Below are positions 11,235 to 22,239 of a stretch of 64,000 nucleotides of DNA, in pieces. The notes beneath the pieces are model-generated. The model worked only from the letters and a program-made list of their open reading frames with translations. It had not been told where the DNA came from and did no database searches. Positions within the stretch are counted from its first letter, which is position 1, and the number at the start of each line of letters is the position of its first letter. The stretch is from contig JAUCBJ010006792.1 of assembly GCA_032718475.1 (NCBI GenBank), forward strand, positions 1 to 64,000. The letters are read 5' to 3'. The DNA comes from Nemertoderma westbladi (lineage: Eukaryota; Animalia; Xenacoelomorpha). Position numbers and translations under genes: made by a program.

Positions 11235-11810
11235 AATATTACGCTACCCGTACAAACTACTCAAACAAAATGCAGACCAAATACTGACAGACTACTATCA
11301 AGCCTAAACAAACAACGGTATATGCAGACTCCGAAATGGTTAGTTAGTATGCGTTCTAACCGAGTAGTACGACTTATTCTTTCGAGGGGGTTCACCTCAC
11401 AGCACTGGCAGCCCCTACTTTCCTAACTAGTACTTTTTTGGACATATGCTCTACACACACTACAGTCCCTTAAGACCTAACAACAGCCAGACAACAATCT
11501 AGCCTATAAATTATCTGAATGAGAAATATCACGGTACCTGTACAGATTACACAAACAAAGTACAGACCAAACGCTGGCAGACTACTATCAAGCCTAAATA
11601 CACTACAGTATATGCAGACTCTGAAATGGTTAGTTAGTATGCGTTCTAACCGAGTAGTACGACTTATTCTTTCGAGGGGGTTCACCTCACAGCACTGGCT
11701 GCCCCTACTTTCCTAACTAGTACTTTTTCGGACATATGCTCTACACACACTACAGTCCCTTCAGACTTAACAACAGTCAGACAACAGTCCAGCCTACAAA
11801 TTCTCTGTAC
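11235..11810 (-). repeat. ~290-bp tandem duplication in the 5' UTR (homologous duplication at ~28950-29510)
   Basis: TATGCAGACT at 11321 and 11611 with near-identical following sequence; 288-bp period in copy 3. Confidence 0.9.
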
Positions 11811-12072
11811 AATCTGAGCAGGCTTACACGCCTTCTGCTCAATATTAGCCTACAAATAAATAAAACTGACAGAAATAGGCGTAAGTAAAATCCCAATAAA
11901 AACCAGGCGTCCCCGATTAATTATTAAGACCTACTGGTATATAATTATCAAAATCGAATAATACTGCTGTACCTGTACTGCTGTAGGTACCGGTCCGGGT
12001 GGTTAGGTGGTCAGGCCTACTGGGTACCGGTTGCCCGTACTTCAGCTTTATTGCCTACTGCAATACAGAAGC

Positions 12073-12084
12073 TATATCTGTTAT
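12073..12084 (-). promoter_or_regulatory. Non-tRNA primer-binding site candidate of copy 2 (ATAACAGATATA)
   Basis: Abuts the LTR CA with no TGG. 11/12 complementary to the LTR-internal TATATCCGTTAT (12805-12816, minus sense). Confidence 0.6.
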
Positions 12085-13250
12085 TGTTCGCGCTTTCAGA
12101 CCTTTAGCAGTTTAACCTGCCAAATTGGGATGTCTTTTAGATGATAGATCGTCTTTAGCCTATGACAAGTATTTGATACACTACATTAGCTGAAGCCAGT
12201 CTATGCGCGATCATTCACCCGCTGGATATACCCGGGAGACTGGATTCAGAAGCCTAACCGTATTGCGGGGTAGGCCTACTGTATTATTCGACTGGTCGCA
12301 ATATATATAATCTCTGACAAATATTATTCACTTTCGGGAAATATTAACAGTTCCTTTAGGACGTGGCGCTTTAAATATATAAACAGAGTTATGACTTAAA
12401 CTAGACACAACGGGATGGCTATAGATTCACGTATATGGCGCATTCTTTAGGAGATGCTTCGTTATCAATCACAGTCATACACAATACTGCACAATGCTGC
12501 ACACTAATCTGCCGACCTTCACTAATTTTAGTCACATATAAGGAGAACAACAGACAATACGTGTAGGGCCTATAAAATAGCATTAGATTCACTTCAAACC
12601 ACTTAATGTAAGTCGCAATCGTTATATGTATCCGGTCTCTCTAACCTTTAGTATATCAAGAAGATTGGGGTGTCTGATTGTTTATCAGTATTCCAAATAT
12701 AATATTTCATCAACAAATATAATGAATAACCGACAGCAAAAGCAGTAATGTTAAGGTATGAATTATTATGAGTGACTGAGTGAGATATGATCAGTTATGA
12801 TTAGATAACGGATATACGTTCTACAATTAAGCCTACTAATGTTGAACTAAAGACTGAAACACGGAGGTTCCACGCCGGTGTTGTAGGCTGTGGACAAAAA
12901 TCACATACACTGACTCACTTCACTAGTTTCTATATACAATCTCCAACACAGAGGCAAAAAGCGCTCTGATTGGTCGACCGAACAAAGAGAGAACAAAGAA
13001 CAAAGAGATGTTCTACGTGGCAATATCAGCTGTTAGCCGTCATCATGGTATCTATACTGTTTCAAGAGGATCCGGCGTATTGCGTCATAGAATTGCTAAT
13101 CATGTCCGCTAAAGTACACATACAGAAGAAATGGCTTTTATGTCCTCTAAAACAACAGTACAGTAAGGACACGGCCTTTTATGCCTGTTAAACCAACTAC
13201 AGAGTACTTTACGGGGAAAATAACCGGCTAATTACGCAAAAGCCTTTACA
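12085..13250 (-). repeat. LTR of copy 2 (1166 bp), flanked by a PPT upstream and by the 5' UTR downstream
   Basis: Minus strand reads TGTAAAGGC...GCGCGAACA. PPT at 13251-13258; CCAAT box at ~12968. Confidence 0.9.
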
Positions 13251-13328
13251 CCGCTCCCAGAAAATGGGATTTAAGTCTATAAAATATAACAAATTACAGT
13301 TTCTAAAATATAAAAATACTCTAAACAG

Positions 13329-16300
13329 TTAGTCTTTCTTACGCGGACGGCGTTTACGCAGTTTTTTGAGGTTAACAAGAGTCCTTTTCTCTTTGGGGCA
13401 AGCCACTTTACTAGGAGGGCTGTAACTCCTGGGTGAAGGGTGCAATACAATTGCATCAGAAGGTTTAGGATTACGATCGGTGTATCCGCCGGTCGAGGTA
13501 CCTGGTTGATCGATATCAACTTCAGTGGAGCGAGGTCTAACGGCCTTTAGGGCGCGTCTTAGGACAGCAGCTCCTACGGGTCCTTGACGGGTCGTCTGGA
13601 CAATGGCGGTAGGCGGACCGTGAGTGGTAAGAAACTTCCTTGGTTTAATGGTTCTTTCCAGCTCGCGTTCTCGGGCTCGATATTCGTAGGGCCGTCGAGA
13701 TACTTCCTGTAACTCAGGGTGCGAGTTGATAAATAAATCGCCATACTCAGGGTCTTGACGGATGAAATTGATCAAATGATATGAAGTAATATCGTTAGGA
13801 TTGACGTTCCTAAGATATTTTCGAACAAATTTGGTGGAAATACACTCACCAACACGCTTCATTAGTTCGTAACTCGGTGTGCATGTTTTTTGTTCCACAG
13901 ACGCGAATAAATAAGGATGGAATGTGTAAACTCCCTCGTAAGAGCGTCCAGGGTAGTAGCGATGGCGGGCCTCACAATGTAAATCCGCATTCGCTTCCCA
14001 GGCTCGGATGTAGCGCAGGGTAATCATCTCATCTACGCTTTCTAAATCGCGGTTAAAGGGGCAATTATAACTGGCATGTCTTTTAAGTTGACAGTGGTGA
14101 CATTGGGTCATAAATTGGGGGCAGACTGCAAAAATATGCGAGTTATTAAGTCTGCAATACGCACAATAGATCTCCATCATCGGCTGTTCGTGGAAATAGG
14201 AGCAGGGTACGTCTGAGTCCATGGGTGTGAAATGGTCTCTCGATGCGCATAATCGACAACGTTTTCGAGAAACATAGTTGGCGTGTCGATAATCGTATGC
14301 GGTGAGACATTGTGGACCTTGATACCACTCCAAGACGTAATCGTTATCGCTGCTCCGGGGCGCTGTAGGCTGGATCGCGTCAGACTCTAAGCAGATTGGT
14401 TCGTCTTCCAATTGCATAGCTGAGGTAGGTGCGGCTGTCTCTGTAAGCGGACCCACTGTCTGAACTTCCACGACAGAATAACCCGTGGGTATTCGGGGTC
14501 TTTGTATAACAGATGAATGTAAGTTCTGTATACAAACGTCCTGAAAGAGAGCAAATCTCGCGCTGTTTAGCTTCTCCGCAGTTGAGTCTCTTAGGCTGAG
14601 TTTGGTCAGAGCGCGGTCCTTGAACTGACTATCAACGTTACGGAACGGAGTCAGAAAGCGCCTGAAACATTCGAAGCGGATGAATTTATTATGTTCATCT
14701 AACTTGGCGAGTTTGGTTCCAAGTATTAAGGGATGGGCGCGTATGGTACGACTGCACACATCGGCTAGCCAACCGGCAAGTGCTGCGTTTTCAAAGATCG
14801 TGTATATAGCTAAGGAGGGACGAAGTGGAACACTCATAAAGCTATACACGGCGCCAGGTGCGGTCAATGGTCCATCAAAGTATAAACGAGAATAATGATC
14901 TCCATATACTTGTTGGTAATTTATAGGATTTCCAACCTTGAAATTCCATCCGTATTCTTGAAAGGCAAGATGTCCGATGGAGGTTCGTTGTACTTTGGTA
15001 ATGCCGCTGGGTGTATTGGCATACATAGTGCGGAAGAAACCTCGGCCTTCTGCCCAGGGAGCAATCAGCTGAGTATCCACGAAAGGGTATGGGATGTTCT
15101 CCATATTCCGAAAGTCGTTTTGTAGATCGCCATAAACAGCTGAGCCGATTTTAAGGATTCTTTCGTTAAACAACATCTCGAGCACGGGTTGGGGTAACAT
15201 CGATCCATTGATACCCATGGCCAGTTTGCGCTCGGTGTCGGCGACGTAACGCTGCACGAGCTCGAATTGTCCATGTCGGAGTCTCTTTTGTGTCTCAGTA
15301 AGAGTTTCAAAAGAATAATCAATCACATCGGAACACGCTCGAGTAAATACGTGGGTAGAACCAGCGAGTCCTCGCATGTGTATCATCCGCGTAGTTCCCA
15401 GTTCTCCAACCGGAACGCTACCTTCGTTGTCATAGGTGACAACTCCATACATCTCGATAACGTTAAGAGTCTCATTCCACTCTTTAGTGGCGTTTTCGAG
15501 AGTCATTCCCACAGGATGCCATAAGGTAGCGCATTCGCTAGCATTAGGTAGGTCTCTATACTTTAAATATTGTGTGGTATATGTTTCCACATCTCCATAT
15601 CGTTGTATTCTTTCCTCCGCGAATAACACGTCAAGATTCCAGTGTACTAAACGAGTTTTGATGAATCCATCAAGATTATACGGAGGTATTGTTTCTTTCT
15701 CTATTCTGGAAACATTGTATGGTTTTCGAAATGAGTTTATTTTAACCAATTGATCCAGATGTTTATGCAGTTGTTCGAGTTCAACAAGATCGAGAGGATT
15801 TATGAGTGGCAGAAACCTCAGACTATGTGTAGGATCTTCCGGTTTTACCATGTAATATTGTGTTAGGTTAACGTAATAAGGGTGATCTTTGATCCCATAA
15901 AACGAGTCCGGTAAAGGTCTAGCGCGTATGTTTACATCGTGTACCATGCGACAGACAAGATCCGCTCTATTGTCCGGAGGTTCAACGAGTATACCATCTA
16001 CACGAGCGGCTTCGATGGGTGGACGTTGCAACATAGGAGCGTCAGCGATAAGCTCTCTAGATCTTAGGTTGATATCAACCGGTTGGGGTTGTATCGTCGC
16101 AAAGAGTTTGTCTCCAAAATGGGGAACCATCGAGGGATGAAGGATGGTTTTAGAGTAGAGATCCGTCATAAGGATTTGAGCTTTGGGTTGAGCTAAAGCT
16201 GCTTCTTCTCTCTCATCTAGTTTTATATGTCTCTCCTCGAGCTGATTTTCCTCCGCTTGTTGTTGTAGACGCTCATCTAGGAACTCTTGTAAAGAGTAGG

Positions 16301-17582
16301 TTCGTCCACGTTCGATGTCCTCTTCGAGATTTTGTATTTCTCTATCGAACTGGGGTAAAGCTAATTCCTTCACCGCTTGGACTTGTTGTTGCAATTTACG
16401 TTTCTCCAAACAATCGTAAGTTCCCTTTCCGATTTTCTGCCGAATAGCGTCTGACGCGTTTCGTACGACGCTCTCTTTGACTTCCGTAACGGGTTGTATC
16501 GAGGTGAAGCCGGGACGGTTGTGTGGGTTAAACGGCGATATTAGATGACCGCGTCCCAATCCAGCTAGGTAGGGTTGGCGAATATCTAGCGAGCCTACTA
16601 CCGGAGTGCCACCGATCAACTGTTCAGGTAACACTAGATCTTTGAACAGTGAATACAGTTCGGGAGGATCCGTGATACTATTAGGATCAAGAGTCTGAGG
16701 TCTAACTGAGGAATGAGGAGGTATGACCGAGTATTCCGGAACTCTGATCATTGGTTTGTTCAAGGATCGTTTGAGTCGAGCAACCGTAGGGGATACGTCG
16801 AACAGGTTTCGCTCGAAACTCCCATAAGTATATCGTGTAAAACTGTGTTTAGCGCAACGTCTCCGCGGATGTTTATGTCTTTCTGTTTGCTGATTGGGTC
16901 TAGGGCATTCGTCGCAGTAATACCAAAGACGCACGTCCTGCAGGGGAAACGCGGGTGATCGATCTCCAGTTTTACAATATTCCTCCATCTGTTCGAAGCT
17001 ATCTGGGACAACAGGTAGCGGTCGATCGGCGGTAAGATACATCATAGTAAAATAGAGTCGTTTGAGTTCTATCATAGGATCATGATGTATACCTTGGGGA
17101 TATCGAGTTTCGAGATTTTGTTGACTGGCAATATTGAGATATGTCTCTCTCAGGAATTCCAGATAATCGTTGAAGTCGCTGCGTTTATCCGGCTCTTCAA
17201 CGTCTTCCCTTTCGAGTTTGTTTCGAATAGAGTTCTCGTGTTCTATTCTCGGTTTATCGTTCCGACTCCGCTGGGTATGATATTTAAATAAAACCATTTC
17301 CCTTTCGGTATCTACATCGTCCGTATCGTGTAAATCGATAGGATGGCCGGTAGTTAAGAAGTCCATATACGTACCATTACGATGCGTATAGCGAGCGGTG
17401 AACTTTCTATAATCCAATTCACGCGTAAGTTGCTCCTGGGACATTGGCGGTTCGATATAACGACCATCATCCTCCGTAGTAGTTGGGCCAGCGTCGCCGC
17501 GTATCAAGCTATCGACAAACGCTTGTAAAGGTAGAGTATATCGCTCCCTAATACCGAGATCATCTTCTATCAACTCAGTCAT
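13329..17582 (-). CDS. ORF3 (env position), 1417 aa: N-terminal Cys/His motif, coiled coil, DEDDy-like (WRN/EXD/RNase D-type) 3'-5' exonuclease domain, three CCHC zinc knuckles, basic C-terminal tail
   Basis: Intact 4.25-kb ORF between pol and the PPT. ExoI VVTYDNEG (D718, E720); ExoII LPQPVLEMLFNERILKIGSAVYGDL (D819); FVDTQ; SIGHLAFQEYG; ExoIII PLRPSLAIYTIFE (Y927, E931). Knuckles CX2CX4HX9C, CX2CX5HX4C, CX2CX4HX4C at aa 1109-1174. No evident signal peptide or TM anchor. Confidence 0.85.
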   Translation of the reverse strand: MTELIEDDLGIRERYTLPLQAFVDSLIRGDAGPTTTEDDGRYIEPPMSQEQLTRELDYRKFTARYTHRNGTYMDFLTTGHPIDLHDTDDVDTEREMVLFKYHTQRSRNDKPRIEHENSIRNKLEREDVEEPDKRSDFNDYLEFLRETYLNIASQQNLETRYPQGIHHDPMIELKRLYFTMMYLTADRPLPVVPDSFEQMEEYCKTGDRSPAFPLQDVRLWYYCDECPRPNQQTERHKHPRRRCAKHSFTRYTYGSFERNLFDVSPTVARLKRSLNKPMIRVPEYSVIPPHSSVRPQTLDPNSITDPPELYSLFKDLVLPEQLIGGTPVVGSLDIRQPYLAGLGRGHLISPFNPHNRPGFTSIQPVTEVKESVVRNASDAIRQKIGKGTYDCLEKRKLQQQVQAVKELALPQFDREIQNLEEDIERGRTYSLQEFLDERLQQQAEENQLEERHIKLDEREEAALAQPKAQILMTDLYSKTILHPSMVPHFGDKLFATIQPQPVDINLRSRELIADAPMLQRPPIEAARVDGILVEPPDNRADLVCRMVHDVNIRARPLPDSFYGIKDHPYYVNLTQYYMVKPEDPTHSLRFLPLINPLDLVELEQLHKHLDQLVKINSFRKPYNVSRIEKETIPPYNLDGFIKTRLVHWNLDVLFAEERIQRYGDVETYTTQYLKYRDLPNASECATLWHPVGMTLENATKEWNETLNVIEMYGVVTYDNEGSVPVGELGTTRMIHMRGLAGSTHVFTRACSDVIDYSFETLTETQKRLRHGQFELVQRYVADTERKLAMGINGSMLPQPVLEMLFNERILKIGSAVYGDLQNDFRNMENIPYPFVDTQLIAPWAEGRGFFRTMYANTPSGITKVQRTSIGHLAFQEYGWNFKVGNPINYQQVYGDHYSRLYFDGPLTAPGAVYSFMSVPLRPSLAIYTIFENAALAGWLADVCSRTIRAHPLILGTKLAKLDEHNKFIRFECFRRFLTPFRNVDSQFKDRALTKLSLRDSTAEKLNSARFALFQDVCIQNLHSSVIQRPRIPTGYSVVEVQTVGPLTETAAPTSAMQLEDEPICLESDAIQPTAPRSSDNDYVLEWYQGPQCLTAYDYRHANYVSRKRCRLCASRDHFTPMDSDVPCSYFHEQPMMEIYCAYCRLNNSHIFAVCPQFMTQCHHCQLKRHASYNCPFNRDLESVDEMITLRYIRAWEANADLHCEARHRYYPGRSYEGVYTFHPYLFASVEQKTCTPSYELMKRVGECISTKFVRKYLRNVNPNDITSYHLINFIRQDPEYGDLFINSHPELQEVSRRPYEYRARERELERTIKPRKFLTTHGPPTAIVQTTRQGPVGAAVLRRALKAVRPRSTEVDIDQPGTSTGGYTDRNPKPSDAIVLHPSPRSYSPPSKVACPKEKRTLVNLKKLRKRRPRKKD

Positions 17583-19212
17583 ATCTGCTATGAGTTTATC
17601 AATATTATAATGAGTTTATATATTAGGCTAGCGGGCGTCGCTGCTTACCCCTCTTTTGCCCCCGGACAGTGCAAGATCCTCAGCGCCGATGTAACGTCGT
17701 CGCTGTGCTTTCGCCAACGATGTAGCTACACAACGACAACGATAACCGGCACAAGTCACTCCACTGTCCGTCCCAAAGGCTTAGATGTACTTCAGGTTCT
17801 TTCTGGAGAGTTAGGGTTACTTTCACAATTGCGACTAGCTACTGTAAACACACTTTAGCAGTAACATTCACCTATGAACGCACAAATTCAACACAACTGC
17901 CATAAACTGTACACATTCGGGCCATTTGTCCGTTAGTCAGTACCTTCCAGAATGTCACTGTATTTATTATGTATCCTTGGATACTAGCAGTGCGCTGTTT
18001 ATTCCCTATGCTATTCAATGGGGCAAGCTTTCTATTGTTCTTTTAACTCACTTCTAATTCTAGCGTGGTTGTTGCCATGGTGACATTATGGAAAGCTAGC
18101 GGTAGAATTAGGGTAATTCTCATGCATACAGATCTGGGATGCTATTTAATAGTAATTCTTTAATTGTCAATATCCTCTCTATATATGATTTTATAAATTT
18201 TATCGGCTATTGACTATATATTGGAGATTCTCGCACACCAATACACTTAATAGAGTGAATCTCCGCTCCCATGATCTATTAATTAATGGAATTTTGGGAA
18301 TGTTATAAATTGTACAAAATGACAATTTATTAAATTCATTGAAATATATGAATTTAAATTTATTCCCGTAAATTTTATTATTTAATGTTAAATAGACGTA
18401 ATTTTATTCCAGAACGTGTCTGGGGACTGGGATCCTAGATTCTAGGAATTTTGTCTTTTTAAGAGTATCGGTAAGTGCTACGATATCTTAATCGACTAGA
18501 ATTTTAAAGGATCTAAAATTTGACAGATTTTGTAAATATTAATAGTTAATATTTAGGATGAGCACCAGTTTATTCCAGAACTTGTCTGGGGACGTTAACC
18601 ACTGATTCTAGAATTTTGTCTTTCAAGTATATCGGTGGGTGCCGCGATATCTTAATCGACTAGAATTGCAGATGGTCAAAGGGTTTAACAAATTTATTTT
18701 GCGTTATACGCTACTGTTAAAGGGACATCACGCTACTATATGTATTATTTAATATACGGTATGAGAGCAATATCGCACGAAGCAATGTCAGTGTGAAGAG
18801 GCAAGTCGTTTCCAAGGTCTACCCAGAGCTTGGTTTAGCCGAGACACGAGGATCTGAACTTTGCATTCCTAATACTCTGCCTACCAATAATACTTGAATA
18901 TAGTAGTGGCTTTATTGTACTTTAATAAGTATGGACATTTCATCTTACTGTAGTTACGTATTCGTAATGTAATACGGGCAGCAAGGAAAGATAAAAAGAA
19001 TTGTTTCTCGCCGTCGCACTAAATATATAATATAAGTAATTACGTAATAAACGCGAATATATTGCACTAATCTACTAAATAATCGCTAAAATAACATGCT
19101 ACTAAATAAAATTAAATAAAACGATTATAATAAAATTACATAATAATACATACATAAATATAAAATAATAAGAATATAAAATAATATGGTCACACACCCA
19201 CTCCATATGCTA

Positions 19213-20852
19213 CTAAGCTGGGGAGTCCCTAGATGTTTGTTGGATTAGGGAGGTGGTCGTGGGAAGAGTATCTTGCCTCCCATAGTTTCCGGAGAGTTCT
19301 CTGTCTCTTTCCAGTAAACATAAGCGACCAACTGGGCGATAGAGCTTCTGCGTCTCGAAGACAATTCCCGGTTTCTTGAAGTTACGTCGCATGACGACGA
19401 GTTCTACCGATCGCACCAAACCGTCATCCGAGATGTGAGTCTCGATGATACGACCTGTCTGCCACCGCTTACGTGGAAGTTCTACATCCACAATAAGAAC
19501 CATGTCTCCAGCGCTGACGTTTTCTTGCTGCGCAAACCACTTAGTTCGAAGTTGTAGCGTGGGCAGATAATGTTTTTCGAAATGGTCAGCGAAACGACGG
19601 GATAACAACTGCATGAGTTGCCAAGTTTGCCGGCAGTATTCGTCTCCGTCTGTGATTTCCGATTGTGGGAGCATGGCTACAGGTTTCTTTAGTAGGAAAT
19701 GCGCGGGTGTTAGCGCTTCCAGGGAATCGGGACTCGATGAGACTGGCATAAGTGGTCTCTCGTTGAGATAGGCGGCGATTTCCTCCATTAACGTCCGCAA
19801 AAGTTCATTGGTGAGATACGCGCGGCAAGGCACTATAAAGTGAAATGCTGTCTTCACACTTCTTATTAATCTCTCCCAACTTCCTCCCCACCAAGGGGCG
19901 TCGGCGGCGTTGAAGGTCCAGCTAGACGCTGTTACTCGTAGCTGATCGTCCACCTGTCTTTGGTTCCAATCTTTGACGTAAGCTTTGATTTCATTGTTGG
20001 CACCAATGAAGTTTGTTCCCTTATCAGATCTCATCGTGTTACTAGTGCCAAAGCGAGCGATCTGTCGTCGTAAGCTTAATAGAAAGCTGTTGGTAGATAA
20101 ATCGTTCACCATGTCGAGATGGATAGCTCTACAAGTCATACAAACAAAGATGACACACCATCTCTTGACTATAGTCCTAGCACGATATACTTCAATAGGG
20201 CCAAATAAATCCACACCGGTAGTAGTAAAGGGTGGTTCATAGAAGCTTACTCGTTCCCTAGGTAATTCTGCCTCTCGCTGTGTTAAAGGCCTACTGAATG
20301 CTTTCCTACAGGGTATGCAGTTCCTAAGAACTTGGTTCAGAGCTCTACGGGGTTTATAAAAATAATAGCGAGTTCGAATTTCGCTAAGAACTCATTCCCT
20401 ACCAGCATGATAAAGTTTGCTGTGAACGTCTACAATCATCTTGACTTGTATTTCAAGATTTCTAATGAGTATGGGAAACTTAGTGTCAAAGGATAGTGGA
20501 GCATTCGTTAATCTTCCTCCAACACGTATCAACCCATCTATCATTGTGCTAGAGAAACGATCCCTTAAGCGCATCTGTGGATTTCTCAACAACAGGAAAT
20601 ACTTATCGGAATCCTCATAGTATTGCAGGAGTCTCAGCATCTGCTTGTTGGTTTCTTCATGCTCCTGATAACTGATCTTCTCCTTCAGAAACCTGTCGGG
20701 TATCTTATATTTGGGAAGATCTTTAATAACATGGACCTGCACTGATGTTATTGGAGCGGTATCACCTTTGGCCTTCATCCTGGAGTATTGATGGTGAAAA
20801 CATCTCTTTAAATATGTAACGGCCTTACAGAGCCGATTCCAGGAACTGTAGT
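19213..20852 (-). pseudogene. pol: BEL/Pao pol integrase region of copy 2, 5'-truncated, with one premature TGA at 20392-20394
   Basis: ORFs 20392-20862 and 19213-20214 are collinear with copy 1 pol. CGA>TGA at HAGRE*. Homology stops at 20852. Confidence 0.93.
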
Positions 20853-21371
20853 TGATAAACAACCGCGACCTCTATACTAACAGCAGAACTGTTGAACAGA
20901 CCAATACCCGTTAATATCCTTCTGCCAACCTAATAAGTTCTCGTCTAACCAATAAGACACAAAGACTGCTCTACTGTTAAGTAAAGGGGATCAGGAGCGT
21001 GCTATTACTAAATTGTAAGGGTTGCTAAATACAAAACCGCTACTTACCGTTAGATGGCGCTAATCTGCCGTCCACTAATATATTTTACTAATTTTACACT
21101 ACTCCTGCAAAATCGCTTGTTCCTTTCTCTACCGATCGCTCGATAGAGAGCTAACTGTTCGAATCTATGAGCCACGCGGGAATAACCAAAACAATAAACC
21201 CGAGTCGGCTCCCTAAGCTTACTTAAGACGAGTGCGAGAGGCCTTGCACTCAGAGTATTCTTACGCCTAATTTTATCACTATTAAAGCACGCTATTACCT
21301 ACGTCTTTCTAATCGCGAATACTGGAGGTTCCCTAACGTAATGTGTGAATGCGAGAATATTTAAAATATCA
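20853..21371 (+). mobile_element. Possible 5' LTR of an unrelated LTR element inserted in pol (followed by a UTR-like tract to ~22180)
   Basis: Begins exactly at the pol break with TGATA; a matching TATCA at 21367-21371 is followed by AAA-TGG; AATAAA at ~21193. No second copy in the window. Confidence 0.4.
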
Positions 21372-22239
21372 AAATGGTACAGTATCTGTTTCTACGTGGA
21401 TAATACCACTCCGGGTCTAAAACTGCCCGCGACTGGCTTTAGGCCAGCAAAATTACTAGCGTATCGTGCGTACCGAATAGTGCATTCTAGCTGATTGTCC
21501 GCTAATGCAAATAACCGCTCAGCGTGAATAGTTTACAGTACACTAATTATTACCTTAGCTACTCTCCGCTATGCTGCGTACTAATTCTTAATTTTTTACT
21601 AATTAATTACAGTCACAAATATTTAACAGCGTACTAATTACTAAGAGTTCCAGAATACGTAATTCTAATTTATCACGCAACAGGTTTCGCTAGTAATAGC
21701 CTAATTTGCCGTATTACTTTGACCTAATCAGTAACTAATTATTGTAACTAAGAAATAGAAATCAATCAAAGGAAAAGAGCGCCTATCTAAGCATTCGTAA
21801 TCTTAGGCACACTTCAATAACACACCAATCAGCGTTAGAAATCACAGTTTACAATTGTGCAATTCACTACTCGTACTCCACACTCAACGTTGTAATACGC
21901 GCAGGCCTCTCCCGGGTACATCTAGGATTCCTAACTAACCCAATTCCTGCCCCCTAATACTAAATAGAGACAAAACCTGGATCATCAGCCCCCTAATTTG
22001 CTGTACCGGCGATCGGTCTGCGTGCCGCAGTGCAAGTTACCCGCCCGCAACGGTGACCCTAGCCAGCGTTGCCCGCTTTGAATCCTCCGCTCTCTCCTAG
22101 TCGCCCAACCCCCCGATGCGCCCACCGCCCACTGGCACCTTAGCCCTCCATTACGCTAATAGCTACCGTAGCGGCGCATGCAAATCACAAAGTCTGACAG
22201 TTTCAGGAATCCCTTGGGATTATTGCGCAGAAAAGAATC

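Larger units (their letters stand above)
7154..20852 (-). mobile_element. BEL/Pao copy 2 in permuted/tandem order: pol fragment - ORF3 - PPT - single LTR - 5'UTR - ORF0 - gag (interrupted by copy 1)
   Basis: Homologous to copy 1 over pol, spacer, ORF3 and LTR, and to copy 3 over LTR, UTR and gag. Confidence 0.92.

Noticed and set aside
13329-17582. ORF3 as an envelope glycoprotein or a host gene
   Set aside because: No signal peptide, TM anchor or fusion-protein Cys pattern seen. It is intronless and embedded between pol and the PPT in two copies.
14146-17858. Short overlapping or antisense ORFs across ORF3 (and likewise across pol and gag)
   Set aside because: Shadow ORFs of coding sequence with no motifs or independent conservation.
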